Source of the DNA: a virus
Lineage: Duplodnaviria; Caudoviricetes
IMG/VR virus record: IMGVR_UViG_3300033407_000010
Location: 217 to 64,216 of that record
Direction: 5' to 3' (one strand)
Length of the DNA: 64,000 nt
In this document: positions 36,051 to 45,789 of the stretch, piece by piece
How positions within the stretch are numbered: position 1 is the first letter of the stretch
How the letters are laid out: each line of letters begins with the position of its first letter
The notes under the pieces: model-generated
The model's input: only the letters and a program-made list of their open reading frames with translations
The model's database searches: none
What the model was told of the DNA's origin: nothing
Made by a program: the position numbers and the translations under genes

Positions 36051-36659
36051 CTACACCAGCGGCGCCGCTTGCGCGCTCACCGTATAGGCGCCGGTCATGG
36101 TCGTGCCGGTGCCGGCCGTCTGCGTCAGCAGCAGCGCCTTGCCCGCCGCCAGCGTCCCGATCAGGACGATCTTGGCTTCGTCCACAGCATCGGTGAACAC
36201 CGCAGCCGCGGCGAACTTGTCGGTGTCTCCGGTCTCGCCGACCAGCAGCGTCGGCTGCGCGCCGTCGCCATTGGCGAACACCGTCGTCACGTGCACCACG
36301 ATATGGACGATGCGGTCTTCTCGGGCCGCAGCCATCAGCGTCTTGGTGCCGGTGTCGGACACGATGTAGCTGGCGATCGCGCCCTTGGCGGTCTCGTCGG
36401 AAGCCTCGAAGTCGGCCAGCCCGATGGTGTACGTCAGGGTGCCTTCATCGCACTCGACGCGATGGTAGGTCGGGATTCCGAAAGGCCCGATCCGCTTGGT
36501 CTCGCCGGCCGCGATTTCGGTGGTGCCCTGCGGCTGCCCGCCCGGCGGGTCGCTGAGGCGGACGATCGATCCCGATCCGTCCGCGCTCGCCACCACGGTC
36601 AGCACGGCATGCGCCGGCAGGAAGTCGGTGTTCTTGTGATTGGCGGTGATCGCAGTCAT
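36051..36659 (-). CDS. Putative virion structural protein
   Basis: 202 aa beta-rich, downstream of capsid. Confidence 0.6.
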   Translation of the reverse strand: MTAITANHKNTDFLPAHAVLTVVASADGSGSIVRLSDPPGGQPQGTTEIAAGETKRIGPFGIPTYHRVECDEGTLTYTIGLADFEASDETAKGAIASYIVSDTGTKTLMAAAREDRIVHIVVHVTTVFANGDGAQPTLLVGETGDTDKFAAAAVFTDAVDEAKIVLIGTLAAGKALLLTQTAGTGTTMTGAYTVSAQAAPLV

Positions 36660-36877
36660 TCTCCGACACTCCGTCTGGAGGTTGCGGGCGAACCGCGACC
36701 TCGTTCATGCGACGGCAGAGCGGCCGGCTCTGCTGGCGCCTTCGGCGCCTCGGCTGGTTCCTTCGGTGCGCTGGCGTCCCACCGTTGGTGCTTGTCCGGG
36801 TCGAAGCTCGCAGCTGGGATGCTGTGCCAGCCGCGGGGCCCGTCCCGCTTCACGCGAATCGTGTCTGCCCGTGCCAT
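36656..36877 (-). CDS. Small post-capsid protein
   Basis: TIRVK...IPAASFDPDKHQ; GGAGAG RBS. Confidence 0.6.
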   Translation of the reverse strand: MARADTIRVKRDGPRGWHSIPAASFDPDKHQRWDASAPKEPAEAPKAPAEPAALPSHERGRGSPATSRRSVGE

Positions 36878-36961
36878 GTGGGGGCTCTCCTGTGTGTTTT
36901 GCGAGGATGATTGCGGCGCGCTCGCACGCGCCGCGACTATTCTGATCAGCCCGGGCAGCAG

Positions 36962-38134
36962 TTAGCCGAGCAGCAACGCGATGTGCTCGTCCTTCCACGC
37001 CTTGACGCCCCACACCGCGCCGACGTTGACCATCATCTTCTGGAAGCCGCGATAGACGGCGATCTCGAACACCATGCCGGACCACGGATCCTGCACCGTC
37101 ATCCGGTCAACCGCGGCATCGCCGCCGACCGGCATGGCCGGCGCCCGCATCGCGAGCTCGGCCGCGGACTGGTGGAACGCGACGTTGGCCGTGTACGAGG
37201 CGCCGATCGTCATCTCGTCGGCGTCGGCCGCCGCGATCTTCAGGCCCGGGCTGTTGAGCACGATATCCTCTTCGATCTCGGTCGTCCCGGTCTTGACCAC
37301 GTACTTGTGGACCGCATCGCCGGCGAACGTCACCACGTCGCCGGCCTTGATGCCGGTGACGTTGACCGTGCCGCCGTCGAGGTGGATGGTGGTCGACCCG
37401 ACCGCATACCCGGCGGTAAGATCGATGTCGTACCCGGTGCCGGCGCCCTTGGTGTGTGCCTGCGCCTGGGCCGACTCCTTGAGCATAAACCCTTGCAGAT
37501 CGAGCAGCGTGCCCTGCCGCAGCATCTGGCTGCCGCCGGCTTCGTTGACCTTCTGCAGCTGCGCCAGCTGACGCAGGTTGGTCCCTGCGGTCGTGCTCAG
37601 CACCAGCGATGCGCGGCCATCGTTGATCGGCGCCCCGTTGTCGACCAGGATTTGACGGAGTTCCGCGATCTCGTTGAAATTCGATGCGAACGGCGTGGTC
37701 CCTGCCGTGCCGTGCGCACGCGAGGCCGTCTTGTAGATTTCGATCGCGAGGTCGGCCTCGATCTCGTTGGCCAGCGACCGCATGGCCTGCGCGATCTGGT
37801 CGCCGTAGATCGTCTCGTAGCCCGAGCCGTTGTTGACGTGACGGATGTCCTCGCCGGTCCAGGGGATTTGCACGCCCCGGGTCTTGGACAGCGTCATCGT
37901 CTTGTTGTCGATCGTCTGGTCGGTGCCCTCCGGGATGGTCATCGACGGCGTATTCGTCACGACCGTCGCCTGGCGGGTGAAGTGCGAACGAACCGTGTCG
38001 CCGACGGCGGCGCGCGCCGAGTCGGACCCGTCGGTGTTGATGGTGACGGACGGAATGAAGCCGACCAGTTCGCGGCCGACGACATCGGCGGCCTTGTAGA
38101 TGTCGGCCGCCAGATCGGTGAGAACGTTTGCCAT
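36962..38134 (-). CDS. Major capsid protein (P22 coat-like family)
   Basis: 390 aa after scaffold; VGRELVGFIP, QAMRSLANEIEADL, VGAVWGVKAW. Confidence 0.9.
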   Translation of the reverse strand: MANVLTDLAADIYKAADVVGRELVGFIPSVTINTDGSDSARAAVGDTVRSHFTRQATVVTNTPSMTIPEGTDQTIDNKTMTLSKTRGVQIPWTGEDIRHVNNGSGYETIYGDQIAQAMRSLANEIEADLAIEIYKTASRAHGTAGTTPFASNFNEIAELRQILVDNGAPINDGRASLVLSTTAGTNLRQLAQLQKVNEAGGSQMLRQGTLLDLQGFMLKESAQAQAHTKGAGTGYDIDLTAGYAVGSTTIHLDGGTVNVTGIKAGDVVTFAGDAVHKYVVKTGTTEIEEDIVLNSPGLKIAAADADEMTIGASYTANVAFHQSAAELAMRAPAMPVGGDAAVDRMTVQDPWSGMVFEIAVYRGFQKMMVNVGAVWGVKAWKDEHIALLLG

Positions 38135-38243
38135 GATTGTCTACCCCATGGGTTTGTGATGGCATTGCGGGAATTCCAAAGGGCCATCGACCCCAGGGAC
38201 GGATTGGGTGTGTGCCGCCATCGGCGGCTCAACGGGAAACGGT

Positions 38244-39026
38244 TCAGTCGACGACCCGGAAGCCTTCCTTCGCCTTGGTCGACCGGTCGAGGTGGGACAT
38301 GCCGTCCCATTCCTTGCGCGCAATCGTCTTGGCGCCGAACGATCCGCGTCCGTTGTTGCCGCGCGGATCGGGGCCGGTGGTCTTTCGCAGATACGGCTTG
38401 CCCTTCGAGCCGGCCCAGTCCTTGACGAACGCGGCCACCTCGACATCGCCGAGGTCGGTCTCGACGACCGCTTTCCGGTCGCCGTTGTCACTGCGCTGCA
38501 CCTTGACGGACTGGCGCAGGCTGGCCAGCGCGCCGTCCAGCAGATCCGGCTCGACGCCGGCCTCGGTCAGCGAATCGCGCAGCCCGCTGACCACGAGCGT
38601 TTGATCGATGTAGCCGTCGCGCTCGGCGAGCTCGGCGTCCTTGGCGGCGAGTTGCGTTGCGAACTGGTCCTGGATCGTCTTGATGCGCCCTTCATAGAGC
38701 TGGCGCTGCGATTGCATGTGCTCGTCGCGCTTTTTCTTGACCTCCGGATCGTTCGGATCGCCGGCCTGCGCCTTCAGCGCGAGATATTCCTCGGCGTCGA
38801 AATCCTCCGGGAACTCCTTGATCTTCGCCGTGAGGTCATCGACCTGCTTCTTGTAGCTATCGCGCTTCTTGACGTTCTCGCGGTTTGCGGTGACGAGCCC
38901 GCGCACCTTGGGATGGTCGTCGATCCCCTCCAGGGCCAGCACAAACTTCCCGTTGTCTTCCTGGTACAGCTCCTTCTGCGCCTCCGGCACGTCGTCCAGA
39001 GATTCCAGCACGACCTTGATGCCCAT
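38244..39026 (-). CDS. Capsid scaffolding protein
   Basis: LESLDDVPEAQKELYQEDNGKFVLALEG; coiled coil; position. Confidence 0.8.
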   Translation of the reverse strand: MGIKVVLESLDDVPEAQKELYQEDNGKFVLALEGIDDHPKVRGLVTANRENVKKRDSYKKQVDDLTAKIKEFPEDFDAEEYLALKAQAGDPNDPEVKKKRDEHMQSQRQLYEGRIKTIQDQFATQLAAKDAELAERDGYIDQTLVVSGLRDSLTEAGVEPDLLDGALASLRQSVKVQRSDNGDRKAVVETDLGDVEVAAFVKDWAGSKGKPYLRKTTGPDPRGNNGRGSFGAKTIARKEWDGMSHLDRSTKAKEGFRVVD

Positions 39027-39078
39027 CGGGCTCTCTCCTTTGGTGAAACCGCCCGCATCGCGGGCTTGGGGGACAAAC

Positions 39079-40479
39079 CTACGCCGGCAGTTCCTCTTCC
39101 GGACCCGGCTCGACGCGATCGACGTCGTCGGCGGCGATCAGGCTCTGCTCTTCCTCGATCGTGCGCTGCTGCGGGACGATCTGCCCGCGCTTGAGCCGCT
39201 CGAACATCGACGGATACGAGTAGGCTCCGGCCTGCCAGCCGGCGACCAGCGCGGCCAGCTCCTGGGCGTTCAGCGGCTCGTCGAAGAACTCCAGATTGGG
39301 CTGCACGGTCACCGCGTTCGGATCCTGGCCGATCCAGATCGCGATGTTGCGCAGCGCCGCCTCAAGGCCGGCCGCGCTTGTCAGCGCGATCGATGTCAGC
39401 GTCGATGCCTGATGGCCGAGCCGCAGCTTGATCGCGTCGCCGCTTTCCGCCGTGCGCCTTGCATCGGTCAGAACCTGCGCGCCCAATGCAACGGCGCGGT
39501 TGAGCGCATCGGCGATTGCTTCCTTCTGCGCCGCCAGACCAGGCCCGGAGAACTCCAGGAACTTGGCGTCACCCCCGGGCGGCAAAATCCACAAGGTCGA
39601 CGAGCCGAGCGTCTTCGGCGCATTGCCGTTCGCGACTGCATTCTTGGGATCGTCAAACCCGATCGCAACCGGCGTGGGCTCCGATGTCATGTGCAGCGCG
39701 AACGTATAGTCGGCATCGAGCCGATAGATGCGCACCGCGAGCCTCCCAAGCCCGTACAGCGGCACATCGTCCGGCTCCGCCGTCAGGTCGTTGGTGTCGA
39801 TGAACACGAACGGCAGGATGCCGAGCGAAACTCCCTGCCGCGTCGTCGACACGATCGTTTCACCGACGACGAACTCCCCGGCGCTGCTGCCCTTCACCCA
39901 CTCCCGCGAGACGTAACCGCCATCGTGCAGCATGCACTCGCGGTAGCGCTTCTCCTTCTCCCACTTCCCGGTCTCAAGGTTGCGGATGTTGCCGGTCTCA
40001 TCCAACACCAGGTAGCCGGCGTCCCAGTTGATGATCGACTCCGCGATATAGCCGGCGATGTGCGGGTCGCCCTGTTCGGTCATGCCCGGCAGCAGGCCGT
40101 AGCGGCCGGTCACCATCAACTCCGTCGCGACCCTGCGGTGCAGGCCTTCAAGCGACAATCCGTCGAGCGTGGCGCGCTTGATCAGGTCGTTCATCGCCTT
40201 GGGCAGCTCGACGACCGCAGGCTTCTTGAGCATGAGCCCGACCGCGCCGCGCACCGTCGGCGAAACCAGCTCGGGGAATTCCGCCCGCAGCCTGTAGGCA
40301 TCATAGGCACGGCTTCGCGCCGCAGAATCGTTCAGCGCGGCGGTGCCGGACTTCATCGGCAGGTATGTCTCACCGGCCTCCTTGATGCGCTCCTCGCCGT
40401 CGAACGCATCGCGCATCAGCGTCCATGCCGGCTTGTAGGCGCAGTAGGACGGGTGCTCGACCGTGATGTCGTAGGCCAT
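39079..40479 (-). CDS. Portal protein (DUF4055-type)
   Basis: IKEAGETYLP, YDAYRLRA, IPFVFID-like LPFVF, RLDADY. Confidence 0.9.
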   Translation of the reverse strand: MAYDITVEHPSYCAYKPAWTLMRDAFDGEERIKEAGETYLPMKSGTAALNDSAARSRAYDAYRLRAEFPELVSPTVRGAVGLMLKKPAVVELPKAMNDLIKRATLDGLSLEGLHRRVATELMVTGRYGLLPGMTEQGDPHIAGYIAESIINWDAGYLVLDETGNIRNLETGKWEKEKRYRECMLHDGGYVSREWVKGSSAGEFVVGETIVSTTRQGVSLGILPFVFIDTNDLTAEPDDVPLYGLGRLAVRIYRLDADYTFALHMTSEPTPVAIGFDDPKNAVANGNAPKTLGSSTLWILPPGGDAKFLEFSGPGLAAQKEAIADALNRAVALGAQVLTDARRTAESGDAIKLRLGHQASTLTSIALTSAAGLEAALRNIAIWIGQDPNAVTVQPNLEFFDEPLNAQELAALVAGWQAGAYSYPSMFERLKRGQIVPQQRTIEEEQSLIAADDVDRVEPGPEEELPA

Positions 40480-41876
40480 CAGTAGAAACCGGTTTGGATG
40501 ACCGCGACAGTTTGCTCGACGGTCAGCATCAGCTCGGCCATGGCCCAGACCAGTGCATCGGCGCGGTCCGGCGAGCCGCCGCCGACGTAGCCGTCGGTCT
40601 TGAATGCGACCATCTGGTCCTCGAGATCTGCGAATGCCCCGACATGCTTGATGCGATTCTGCTCGTAGAGCGCGGCGATCGGCTCGGCGCGCGCGACCTT
40701 GCCGCGCGATGCCGTCACCAGCTTGACCGGTGCCCGCTTGTCGACGGTGCGGATGACGTGCTCGACCATCGCGCCGCCGAAGTTCTTTTCGGCGACGATC
40801 AGGTTGGCGGAAAACTCGTGATAGGCGTCGACCGCACGGCGGCCCCAGCCCGCGGGCGACAGCATGCAGGTCCGGTCGGCCAGCACGTACCCGTGGCCGT
40901 CGACGCCGAGCCCGGCGACCACGATGCCGATCGAGCTGCCTGCGTCATCTTCATCGCCGGAAGCACCCGAGGGGTCGATCGCCACCACGACGCGGCGCAT
41001 TTCCGGCGGCGCCTTGACCCGCAGCGCGTCGAGCTGGGCGCGGGTCCACAGCGCGCCCGGGACGTCGTCGAGGATCTCGGCGTCGAGCTCCTGACGACCG
41101 AGCCGCGTCCCGGCGTACTTCTCCCTGATCGTACGCAGGAACGTGGGCGCCAGGTTCGACGCATTGTCGAACGTCGACCCGCGGGTGATGACCGTGGCAT
41201 CGTCGGCGACCAGCTGCTTGACCAGGCTGATCGGCTTCGGCGTCGTGGTGATGACCACGCGCGGCCGCGAGCCGGTGCGCAGGCCGAACTGCAGCATGTC
41301 CCAGGTTTCCTGGGCATACTGCCATTTCGCAAGTTCATCGCACCATGCGGCATCGAACTGCGGCCCGCGCAGCTGCTCCGGCTCGGTCGCGTTGAAGATC
41401 GAGGCAACCGCCCCGTTCGGCCAGGTCAGGCGTCGTTTCGACGGCTCGTAATGCGGGCGGAACGCCGGCGGGTGAACCTGCAGCAAGCCGCTTGCCTCCA
41501 CTCCGTTCTTGCCGTCCCCGACCATGACGTCGCGGGCATCCGCCGCGGTCTCGGCGACCAGCGCGACATGGCTGTAGCGGCCGGCGGCGAGCGGCGTGGG
41601 CCCGCACATGCTGGCGCGCACCCACTCGGCGCCGGTGCGGGTCTTGCCGAAACCGCGCCCGGAGAGCACGAGCCACACGTTCCATTCGCCGGCCGGCTCG
41701 ATCTGGTTGCGCCGGGCCCAGAAGCCCTGCCAGTTATATTCGAGCTCTGCGGATTCCTCATCGGACAGGCTGGCGAGGAACCGCTGTCGCTCCGGCGGCG
41801 GCAGTAAGCTCAAGTACTCTGCCTTCGATGCGTTCAGAGAGAGCGTCGAGCTTGCGGCCGAGGCGATCGCGGGCAC
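40479..41876 (-). CDS. terL: Terminase large subunit
   Basis: SGRGFGKT, LRGPQFDAAWCDE, ITTTP, VVAIDPS, DRADALVWA; true start may be somewhat downstream. Confidence 0.95.
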   Translation of the reverse strand: MPAIASAASSTLSLNASKAEYLSLLPPPERQRFLASLSDEESAELEYNWQGFWARRNQIEPAGEWNVWLVLSGRGFGKTRTGAEWVRASMCGPTPLAAGRYSHVALVAETAADARDVMVGDGKNGVEASGLLQVHPPAFRPHYEPSKRRLTWPNGAVASIFNATEPEQLRGPQFDAAWCDELAKWQYAQETWDMLQFGLRTGSRPRVVITTTPKPISLVKQLVADDATVITRGSTFDNASNLAPTFLRTIREKYAGTRLGRQELDAEILDDVPGALWTRAQLDALRVKAPPEMRRVVVAIDPSGASGDEDDAGSSIGIVVAGLGVDGHGYVLADRTCMLSPAGWGRRAVDAYHEFSANLIVAEKNFGGAMVEHVIRTVDKRAPVKLVTASRGKVARAEPIAALYEQNRIKHVGAFADLEDQMVAFKTDGYVGGGSPDRADALVWAMAELMLTVEQTVAVIQTGFY

Positions 41877-42243
41877 TCGTCTGCTCCACGGTTACGCTGG
41901 TGCTGACGTTGATTTCGGGGACACGGTCGGACATGCCGAGATAGTTCGTGGCGAGGAACTTCGCCATGTTGACGCCGGGGCTGGTGTTCATCTGCGACTG
42001 GCGCCACATGTTGGACCGCAGCGTCGCCTTGCCGCAGAGTCGCGCATCGTCCCACACCTGACGGTAGGCCGGCTCGGCCATTCGGCGCTTGATCGTCTTG
42101 GTGTCGACCTGCAGGCCAGACCTGCGAAGCATCGCGGCGATTTCATCCATCGAGCACATGCGCTCGGCCAGCATCGCCAGCAGCTTTAGATCGATGTCGA
42201 TCCGCGCTGATCTTCCGCCGACCTTTCGTTTCGTCGCAGCCAT
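41758..42243 (-). CDS. terS: Terminase small subunit
   Basis: HTH (CSMDEIAAML), LRSNMWRQ...MAKFLATNYLGMSD; upstream of terL. Confidence 0.75.
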   Translation of the reverse strand: MAATKRKVGGRSARIDIDLKLLAMLAERMCSMDEIAAMLRRSGLQVDTKTIKRRMAEPAYRQVWDDARLCGKATLRSNMWRQSQMNTSPGVNMAKFLATNYLGMSDRVPEINVSTSVTVEQTSARDRLGRKLDALSERIEGRVLELTAAAGATAVPRQPVR

Positions 42244-42318
42244 CGTCGACCCTCAGCAGACCCTCAGCAGAGCCGAAGGTTATCGTTTTTGTGGCGTCCG
42301 GCTGGGATTTCCGGCACA

Positions 42319-42334
42319 ATCTGACGTATCAAAT
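42319..42334. promoter_or_regulatory. Operator copy ATCTGA-cgta-TCAAAT between terS and the radical SAM gene
   Basis: One mismatch to ATTTGA-N4-TCAAAT seen at the immunity region. Confidence 0.6.
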
Positions 42335-42355
42335 CGAACGATAAGGTGCCGCCAA

Positions 42356-43249
42356 ATGCCAGAACTGAACCCCGACGGCGTCTCTGTTCGCGGGTGTAGC
42401 ATAATCTACGCCCCGCGCGGCCAGGCCGGAGAATACGCGGCGCTGTCAACGAATCCGTATCGCGGTTGCTCTCATGGCTGTGCGTATTGCTATGTACCGA
42501 AGGTCCTGCATATGGACCGGAAGGAATTCGACGCCGGCGCTACACCGAGAACGAACTGGCTGGATGTTCTCCGCAAGGATGCGGTGAAATACCGATCTCT
42601 CGGCGTCACCGAGCAGGTCATGCTCAGTTTCACGACGGACATCTACAACCCGTCGAACACGGAACTGACGCGACCAACGCTCGAGCTCTTACAGGAACAC
42701 GGTCTTGCCATCTGCCCGCTGACCAAAGGCGGGGCACGCGCGCTGGTCGATATTGATCTGTTCAGACCGGAGCGCGATGCGTTCGCGTGCACGCTCACGA
42801 CTCTTGACGACCGCTTCTCGTTGAAGTGGGAGCGGGCCGCCGCCTTGCCCGGCGGTCGCATCGCTGCCCTCAAGACGTTCCGCGAACGTGGCATCTTCAC
42901 GTGGGTTTCGCTCGAGCCCACGCTCGACACCGAAAGCTCGCTCGCCATCGTCGACGCGACGCACGACTTTGTGGACCTCTACAAAGTCGGTCGAGCCAAC
43001 TATGTCCCGACCATCACGAACGTGGTCGACTGGCAGGACTACACGCTGCGGATGATCGAGAAGCTGCAGCGGCTCGGCAAGAAGCATTACATCAAGAAGG
43101 ACCTACAGAAGTACCTGCCGCCAGGCTACCACAATCCGCTGCGGGTGCCTCAGAACCACGGCAACGGCCTGTCGTTTGCGCCACCGCGGCAGACGCATCT
43201 ATTCGATCAGGAGGCCCGCTTCGAGCGAGTGGCGCCAAAAAGCGGCTGA
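42356..43249 (+). CDS. Radical SAM protein (spore photoproduct lyase-like)
   Basis: NPYRGCSHGCAYCY (CxxxCxxC), SFTTDIY, LTK, WVSLEP. Confidence 0.9.
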   Translation: MPELNPDGVSVRGCSIIYAPRGQAGEYAALSTNPYRGCSHGCAYCYVPKVLHMDRKEFDAGATPRTNWLDVLRKDAVKYRSLGVTEQVMLSFTTDIYNPSNTELTRPTLELLQEHGLAICPLTKGGARALVDIDLFRPERDAFACTLTTLDDRFSLKWERAAALPGGRIAALKTFRERGIFTWVSLEPTLDTESSLAIVDATHDFVDLYKVGRANYVPTITNVVDWQDYTLRMIEKLQRLGKKHYIKKDLQKYLPPGYHNPLRVPQNHGNGLSFAPPRQTHLFDQEARFERVAPKSG

Positions 43250-43252
43250 CCG

Positions 43253-43555
43253 ATGAAACGCGAACCGATGACGCCCGAGCGGGTCGAGCGGAACTTTCAG
43301 CTTCTCGTCCAAGCCGCGCTCGCTAGAGACCGCTGCCCGCAGAGCCATCCGCACGGCCCGCTCGACAGCGGCGCCATGTCCGCGCTGGTCGAGGCCGGCC
43401 GCATCCGCTCCGAGGTCTACGCCCACAACTATCGGCGGGTCACCATCCTGACAGGCGAGCACAAGGGCAAGTCGACCGCGGCGCACCCGAAGGGGTTTGC
43501 GCCGTACATGGTCAACGGGCGGCACGTCGACTTGAACCGCGGCGGATGGCGATGA
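43253..43555 (+). CDS. Hypothetical protein, paralog of 10076..10468
   Basis: AALARDRCP...HNYRRVTI..G...GKSTA. Confidence 0.65.
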   Translation: MKREPMTPERVERNFQLLVQAALARDRCPQSHPHGPLDSGAMSALVEAGRIRSEVYAHNYRRVTILTGEHKGKSTAAHPKGFAPYMVNGRHVDLNRGGWR

Positions 43556-43809
43556 TGCCAGACTGGTGCACGCGCGGAGAATACGAGACGCTGTTCAGAG
43601 CAGTCAGTGCACGAGATGGCTTGTTCTGCCGATATTGCCATTGCCGCGTTTACCGCCCTCCGAAGGACCAGCGGCGTCACATCCGGAAACTTGGCCGATA
43701 CCATGCGACGCTGGACCATATCATCCAGCGTGCGGACGGTGGATCGAACGATGCCGATAACCTCGTTATGTCCTGCTACAGATGCAACAACGAGCGGTCC
43801 AGAGTGTAG
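43552..43809 (+). CDS. Small HNH endonuclease
   Basis: CRYC...TLDHII....GG....NLVMSCYRCN. Confidence 0.9.
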   Translation: MMPDWCTRGEYETLFRAVSARDGLFCRYCHCRVYRPPKDQRRHIRKLGRYHATLDHIIQRADGGSNDADNLVMSCYRCNNERSRV

Positions 43810-43810
43810 C

Positions 43811-44353
43811 ATGAGCAAAACATCCGACCTAACCAACCAACGCTTTGGCCGGCTGATCGTCTTGTCCGAAGCTGCCCGGACGGGGGCCCGCGATAGAACT
43901 TGGCGCGTGCGCTGCGATTGTGGACAAGAACGCGTGGCGCGGCAGACACATCTCCGGTCAGGACGAACCAAAAGCTGCGGGTGCCTTCGACGCGAAGCTA
44001 GCGCCACGAACAAGCGTGTGCATGGCGAGGCCCGGCGTAAAAACATCACACCCGAGTGGCGATGCTGGTGGGCGACCATCGAGCGGTGCGAACACGAGAA
44101 CCATCATAAATTCGCTTACTACGGCGCTCGCGGCATCCGCGTGTGTGAACGTTGGCGACACGGTGAAGACGGCAAGTCCGGATACGAGTGCTTTCTTGAA
44201 GACATGGGGCGGAAGCCATCCGCCAGGCATTCAATCGACCGCATCGACAATGACGGAAATTACGAACCGAAAAATTGCCGCTGGGCGACAGCTATTCAAC
44301 AGGTCAACAATCGTCGCGTCTCTCAGCGCCCGCGCAAAATGCAGCCGCAGTAG
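43811..44353 (+). CDS. HNH-type homing endonuclease
   Basis: DLTNQRFGRL..CDCG..TKSCGC; YGARGIRVCERW; SIDRIDNDGNYEPKNCRWAT. Confidence 0.85.
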   Translation: MSKTSDLTNQRFGRLIVLSEAARTGARDRTWRVRCDCGQERVARQTHLRSGRTKSCGCLRREASATNKRVHGEARRKNITPEWRCWWATIERCEHENHHKFAYYGARGIRVCERWRHGEDGKSGYECFLEDMGRKPSARHSIDRIDNDGNYEPKNCRWATAIQQVNNRRVSQRPRKMQPQ

Positions 44354-44937
44354 ATCATCTGTTGGCCGGTCTTTCCCATTGCGCGCCACTGGTTGACGAG
44401 GTCGCAGTTCATTCGTTTCGCCAGTCCGCGCAGCGCCAGCGAAAACACATGATCGCGCGCACGACCTAAGCCGGGGAGCGAACCGTTGCCGGCTTTTAGG
44501 CCGGTGAGCATTGAAATTACGTGAGCGACGTTACCCATCTTCTGGCCGATGCCAGCGCCTTCGGTCAGAGTCAAACCGATCAACTCGCCTCGCGCCACTT
44601 TTCGACGAGCGGCGACAATCAGAGCTTGCTCGAACGGGCTCCCCCACGCGTCGAGGTCAAACAGATTGAAAGGCCGTAGGTCGACGGCCCGAAGGACACG
44701 CCGATTATCCGCGCAGAACATCAATCGCCCATCAAAATGGCGCTTGAGGTCGCAACCGGTATAGCTGGCGGCCTCTTTCCAGACCGCGGAATACATCTCG
44801 CCGGCGCCGGCGAACGCGTCGAAGACCCGGGCCTCGCCGACAGCCGCGAGCACCCGGCGGCGGATGTCGACCTTCGCCTTGAATGCCTGTGGGGCGTTGT
44901 CGGTCTTCGCTGACAGTCGCGCCGACGAGATGGCCAC
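44323..44937 (-). CDS. Class I SAM-dependent methyltransferase-like protein (TcmP/Trm1-like motifs)
   Basis: VFDAFAGAG (motif I), FDLDAWGSP (motif IV-like). Confidence 0.7.
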   Translation of the reverse strand: MAISSARLSAKTDNAPQAFKAKVDIRRRVLAAVGEARVFDAFAGAGEMYSAVWKEAASYTGCDLKRHFDGRLMFCADNRRVLRAVDLRPFNLFDLDAWGSPFEQALIVAARRKVARGELIGLTLTEGAGIGQKMGNVAHVISMLTGLKAGNGSLPGLGRARDHVFSLALRGLAKRMNCDLVNQWRAMGKTGQQMIYCGCILRGR

Positions 44938-44943
44938 CGGGGC

Positions 44944-45162
44944 TTACGCCAGCTGCAGATCGACCGCCTTCGGGCCTTTACCTTCCCTGCCCGGTACGGT
45001 CGCAAAGGTCACCCGCTGATCCTCGACCAGCTCGTCGACCCCGGCCGGCAAGCTGTTGATGTGCACGAACACATCGTTGCCGCCGGCGTCCGGGACGATG
45101 AAGCCGAAGCCCTTGTCCGGGTTGAACCACTTGACCTTACCGCTGAGACGCTCAGACATCAC
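44944..45162 (-). CDS. Cold-shock domain protein
   Basis: GKVKWFNPDKGFGFI, DVFVHI, GPKAVDL. Confidence 0.95.
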   Translation of the reverse strand: MMSERLSGKVKWFNPDKGFGFIVPDAGGNDVFVHINSLPAGVDELVEDQRVTFATVPGREGKGPKAVDLQLA

Positions 45163-45177
45163 GAACTCCCACTGAAC

Positions 45178-45789
45178 CTACCCGATCGCGATCGTGCCGA
45201 GGTCGACCGCCACGCCGGGGAATTTCTTCATCACATCCTGCAGCGCTTTCAAAACCTGCGCTTGCTGGGCAAGTGGACCTCTGACTGAGATCCAGCACTC
45301 ATCCTCGACATCGCTGGTCTCGATCTCGCGGACCTCGATCGGATCGTCGCCCGCCAGAAGCTTCTCGATCTCGCGGTCGGAAAAACCGATGCCGTCGAGC
45401 GGGTCGCCTTCCTCGCGGAGCTCGCCGAGCAGCTGCGCGAGGACGTCGTCATCCCAACGCGAGTTGTCGCCGATCTTATTCAACGCCAGCGCCAGGCGCC
45501 GGTACTGGGACTCGGCCAGGCCAGCGATGATGCGGCAGTCAACCTCGTCGTGGCCGAGGCGCTTGAGCGCAAGCCAACGGCCCTCGCCACCGATGATCTG
45601 ACCGTTCGGCCGGACCACGGTCTTGTCGACGACGCCGAATTCCTCGATCGCCTTGGCGATCTGCGCGATCTGCACTTCGGGATGCTTGCGCGCGTTCTTC
45701 GGGTCGGGCGTGAGCGCGTCGACACGCAACTGCTTGTCCGTGATCGCGACGCCGCCGGCGACAGCTTGCGGAGCAGGCTTACGGGCCAT
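45178..45789 (-). CDS. ParB/Srx N-terminal domain protein
   Basis: LTPDPKNARKH..QIAQIAKAIEEFG, IIGGEGRWLA, LALNKI...WD. Confidence 0.85.
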   Translation of the reverse strand: MARKPAPQAVAGGVAITDKQLRVDALTPDPKNARKHPEVQIAQIAKAIEEFGVVDKTVVRPNGQIIGGEGRWLALKRLGHDEVDCRIIAGLAESQYRRLALALNKIGDNSRWDDDVLAQLLGELREEGDPLDGIGFSDREIEKLLAGDDPIEVREIETSDVEDECWISVRGPLAQQAQVLKALQDVMKKFPGVAVDLGTIAIG

